Shown piece after piece: positions 60,641-64,000 of a stretch of 64,000 nt of DNA. The DNA is taken from the NCBI RefSeq assembly GCF_018350175.1, contig NC_058369.1:5830001-5894000 (forward strand), read 5' to 3'. A program made the translations under genes and the position numbers. Source of the stretch: Felis catus. Lineage: Eukaryota. The notes under the pieces are model-generated. The model was not told where the DNA came from and searched no databases. It saw only the letters and a program-made list of their open reading frames with translations. Every line of letters starts with the position of its first letter. Within the stretch, counting starts at the first letter, position 1.

Positions 60641-63600
60641 GGTGAGCTGAGCAATGGGCAGTCCCCCCAGGAGGGCTCTGGCTGCCACCCTGGGCTGTGG
60701 GGCTATGATTCTCTCACTGAAAACTAATTTAAAACTTAAAAAAAAAAAAAAAAAAAAACCTTTATTACGGAAATAAGATAATACCTTGTTGTATTCAAAT
60801 CTACATAAAAGTAGAGTAACGTATGGGACCCCAGGTACCCATCGTCCTACTTCATCCACTCTCAGCTTTTGCTGGTAACCTGAAGATTCCTGTCCCTGGG
60901 ATAAGTCCTGGAGAGGCCAGCTGACTGCTGTACAGGGAATTAGTTCCTCAGAGGGGGCATTGAATTCAAAAGTCTTTTAAGGACTCTCCCAATTCTGAGA
61001 GTCTGTGATTTTAATAGATATCTTCCAAGTAGGAATTGTAGCTAATACCCAAATTGAACAGTGTTAGAATGTTCTAGAAGCCATTATCTTTCTCCTGTTT
61101 CAGGAGACCATCCTGAATAAGAGAGTCCTTGTTCAGAGGCATTTTAAAATTCTCCTATGCTACTAACAGGTCTTGCCTTTCTCCTTTTGTGTTCTGGTGG
61201 AAGGGAATTTTTAGCCCCGTGGATGTTCCTGAGCCTTGCATTCCGATTTTGCCAGCATTCTCGTGGTACCTGGCTTCTTTGTCTGTTCACTTGTTGTGGT
61301 TTTCAAAGGAATGTGAGCTATGTTAATAGGAACACCTAGGTTTGGCGAGATCAGGCCAGAGAGAGCTGGTTCGGGGAAGGAGGTAAAAGCAGCAAAGAGT
61401 AATTTGGAAATTATTTCAGTTCAGAGATAAACTTTTTCTTCTCTTCGGGCAAGATAAGTAAAGGGTACCAAGAATTGTGGAGGAGGTGAGCCCAGGCTCG
61501 AATTCAGCTCGGCATCTTGCTAGCAGTTCCTTAAATTGGATGACCGGACCTTCCCGGAAAGCTTACTGTGTGTTCCCACCTCTGTCCTGCCGCCAGCGTG
61601 TGAAAACCTCGCCGGCCTTGCTGCCCCTTTGTCCTCTGTTCCGCTGCTCTGGTGAAACCCCAGACACAGATACGTTCACGGCTTCTTCCTCCTGGCCGGA
61701 GAGAGTCCTGCATCCAGACACACAGGTGCCCCGTGGAATCAAATTCCCAGCTGAGCTCAGCCTGCCACACAGGCCTCCCTGGCCCTCCCAGCAACCACTT
61801 CAGGCCCGTTTGCACCCTTCATTCTTGGCCCATGACTGCCTTTCACCTCGTAATGAAAATAACAGCCACCTCTACCTCTGTTCTATCCTGGCGCTTCTCC
61901 ATCCCAGGAGCCTCTGGCCAGGCAAGTGCATGCTTGCCTGGGTCTCTTTGGGGCCGCCTGACCAGCGTTCCGACACGCTCCAGCATCTGTCCTCTTTGAG
62001 AATCCTTGCTGAGATTCTCTGACTTCCTCTAGCCCAGGATTTTTCCACTTGAGCACTCCTGACATTTGGGACTGGATCATTCTTGGACTCGGGGGGGGGG
62101 GGGGCATCTTGTGCATTGTGGGACGTGGAGCAGCATTGCTCGCTCCCACCTGCTATGTCCCGTGGCATCTTCTGAGTCATGACAACTGAAACATGCCCCA
62201 GACATTACTGGGTGTCCCCAGAATCCTCCCCCTCCTCCCTGTGAGAACCACTAGTTGTTGTCCTCCCTCCCCTCCCATTCGTAGAGCTGTCAGTGGACTG
62301 TCCTCTTCCTTCTGGAAGCTTCCTCTCCCCCTTGGCTCCCACGAACCACCTGCCTGAGGCCTTACTTTGCCTCTCCTGCAGCTCCTTCCCAACCATTCAC
62401 TTAGTCTTTCGGGTTATTCCCATGCTGCTTCTCCCTAAGCCCGTCCTGGGGAGAGCAGACGCCCCTCCATAGCTTCACTTTATCCTCAGTCTGCTGCCTG
62501 TGTGTCAGGGGAACTACTCTCCCGAGCTTCACACCCCTCGACCCCTCAACTTCAGGGTTTTCCAGACTGACCTGGACTCTGTCCCACCAGCTGCTTTCTT
62601 GTTTCTCAGCATCTGCATCTTAACAGACGACACCAGGTTCACTCAGTGCACTCCAGTCAGAGATCTAAGCATGACCTTTGACACGTGTCCCTGGCATTCA
62701 TCCTTCTGGGTGCTTCCGCCCCTTTTCCTCCCGCCCCCACCTGCTGCCTCAGATCTAGATGAGGCCACATCACTGTCTGCCTGCACTAGCGTTCTGGCCT
62801 CTTAACCAGCCATCTGTGTTCCCTCCAGATGGTTCTCTTCACCGCGGCAAAGGAATCTCTGTAACACTCCACATGTGACCCTGTCACTCACCTGCTTTAA
62901 AACTCTTAGTCCCCGGCCCTGCTTGCTTTAGGGCACCTTCTCTGCTCAGCCATGTCAGCATTAGATGCTGCTCCTGGTCTGGGTTCCCATAGCAACCAGG
63001 CAGCTGGCAGTGTGGGCTTCCACACTGTACTGAAGTTAGAACTTTTTGGTCCAGTAGGTCCGTATGGTTCTCAGAAGCAGAAACCCCATATGTCCGGTAG
63101 ATACGACCATAATCAGTGCTTGTTGAATGGATGAATGAATGAATGAATGAATGAATAGGTCTAGCGATTGGAAAAGAATGCAGATCAGCATGGACATTGA
63201 TTTGCTCCGCAAATATTTATTGAGTGCCAGCCATTGGCCAGGCACTGGTGACGGGAGGAACAAGGAACGGGTGGTGGCTAGGTTATTGGGAATATTTGGG
63301 AACGTCTGACATGCTGGCTTCCAAGATGCAGCATGTTTCTGGCTGGCCAGGCCCCAGCCCCCATGTTGGGGACATGTATTCATTGCTGCCTGTTCCATCC
63401 ACAATCCCTAGCTGGCCCTACTGTGCAGCCCTGTCCCACTCTCTGCCTGGGGTCTGGTCCCTCTGCAGATGCCATATGGCCCAGGAGCCAGCCTCCACCC
63501 TCCTGGACTGTCTGTCCTGCTGGCCACTTGGTCCCCAGCCTCCAGCCCATTCGCTCAGCTTCTGGCTCATTGCCATGCACCTCTGGTCAGGATAAAGCCC

Positions 63601-64000
63601 ACACTCCTGCCTGTGGCTCCCAGGTCTCTGGGGCGCTGTCCTCCTCCTCCCTAGCCGCTGTGCTCTCCACTCACCCTCCTCTCGGCCCTGACTGAGCTGC
63701 TTGTCACTCCCCAGACAGACCCTTCTCTTACAGTCTCAAGATTTTGCAGATATTGTTCCCTCTGTAGGAAAGCCCTTCCACACCAAGCCAGCCTGACCGC
63801 TTTTTGTTTTCTTAATGTGAATCACCTTTGTTCCGTATATCAACAACAACAGTGTGAGGCAAAAAGGAAAAGTTTAAATTACCCCAAATCCCACCACTGT
63901 TAGCTTTGTGGTTTGTGTCCTTCCATACTTTTTTCTTTCCACATTTGTGGTCATAAGCAACTACGTGTTTTTAGAAAAATGGGCTTGCACCACTCAAGCT

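Noticed and set aside
60383..60859. Pro/Ser-rich and Glu/Gly/Arg-rich ORFs
   Set aside because: Translations of the C/T low-complexity tract.

Overview
GC-rich, repeat-dense mammalian genomic DNA. Abundant feliform-type CAN-SINEs point to a cat-family genome, and the gene order matches human 19p13.2 as I recall it. Three genes are recognisable by hand-splicing. (1) The last 11 coding exons of fibrillin-3 (FBN3, + strand, 379-10672): intact reading frame, 9 cbEGF domains, one TB domain, a furin site RPRR and a C-terminal propeptide. (2) A complete CCL25 chemokine gene (- strand, about 16175 to 12740; CDS 390 nt, 129 aa), convergent with FBN3. (3) The CpG-island promoter, non-coding exon 1 and first coding exon of ELAVL1/HuR (+ strand, from about 46620; ATG 59516). 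The ~30 kb between CCL25 and ELAVL1 is mostly SINE, L1, LTR and hAT remnants, plus two orphan CpG-rich islands and a G/C-skewed minisatellite. The most notable observations are: an apparent fusion of two ancestral CCL25 exons with a shortened C-terminal tail; a 129-bp templated insertion copying a SINE together with its flank into an LTR 1.55 kb away; an antisense MIR with a perfect Pol III B-box and a full CRE at the edge of the ELAVL1 promoter; and a perfect GC-box palindrome in an orphan island. I found no evidence of a new multi-gene system. Repeat family names and cross-species comparisons are from memory, not from searches, and repeat boundaries are approximate.
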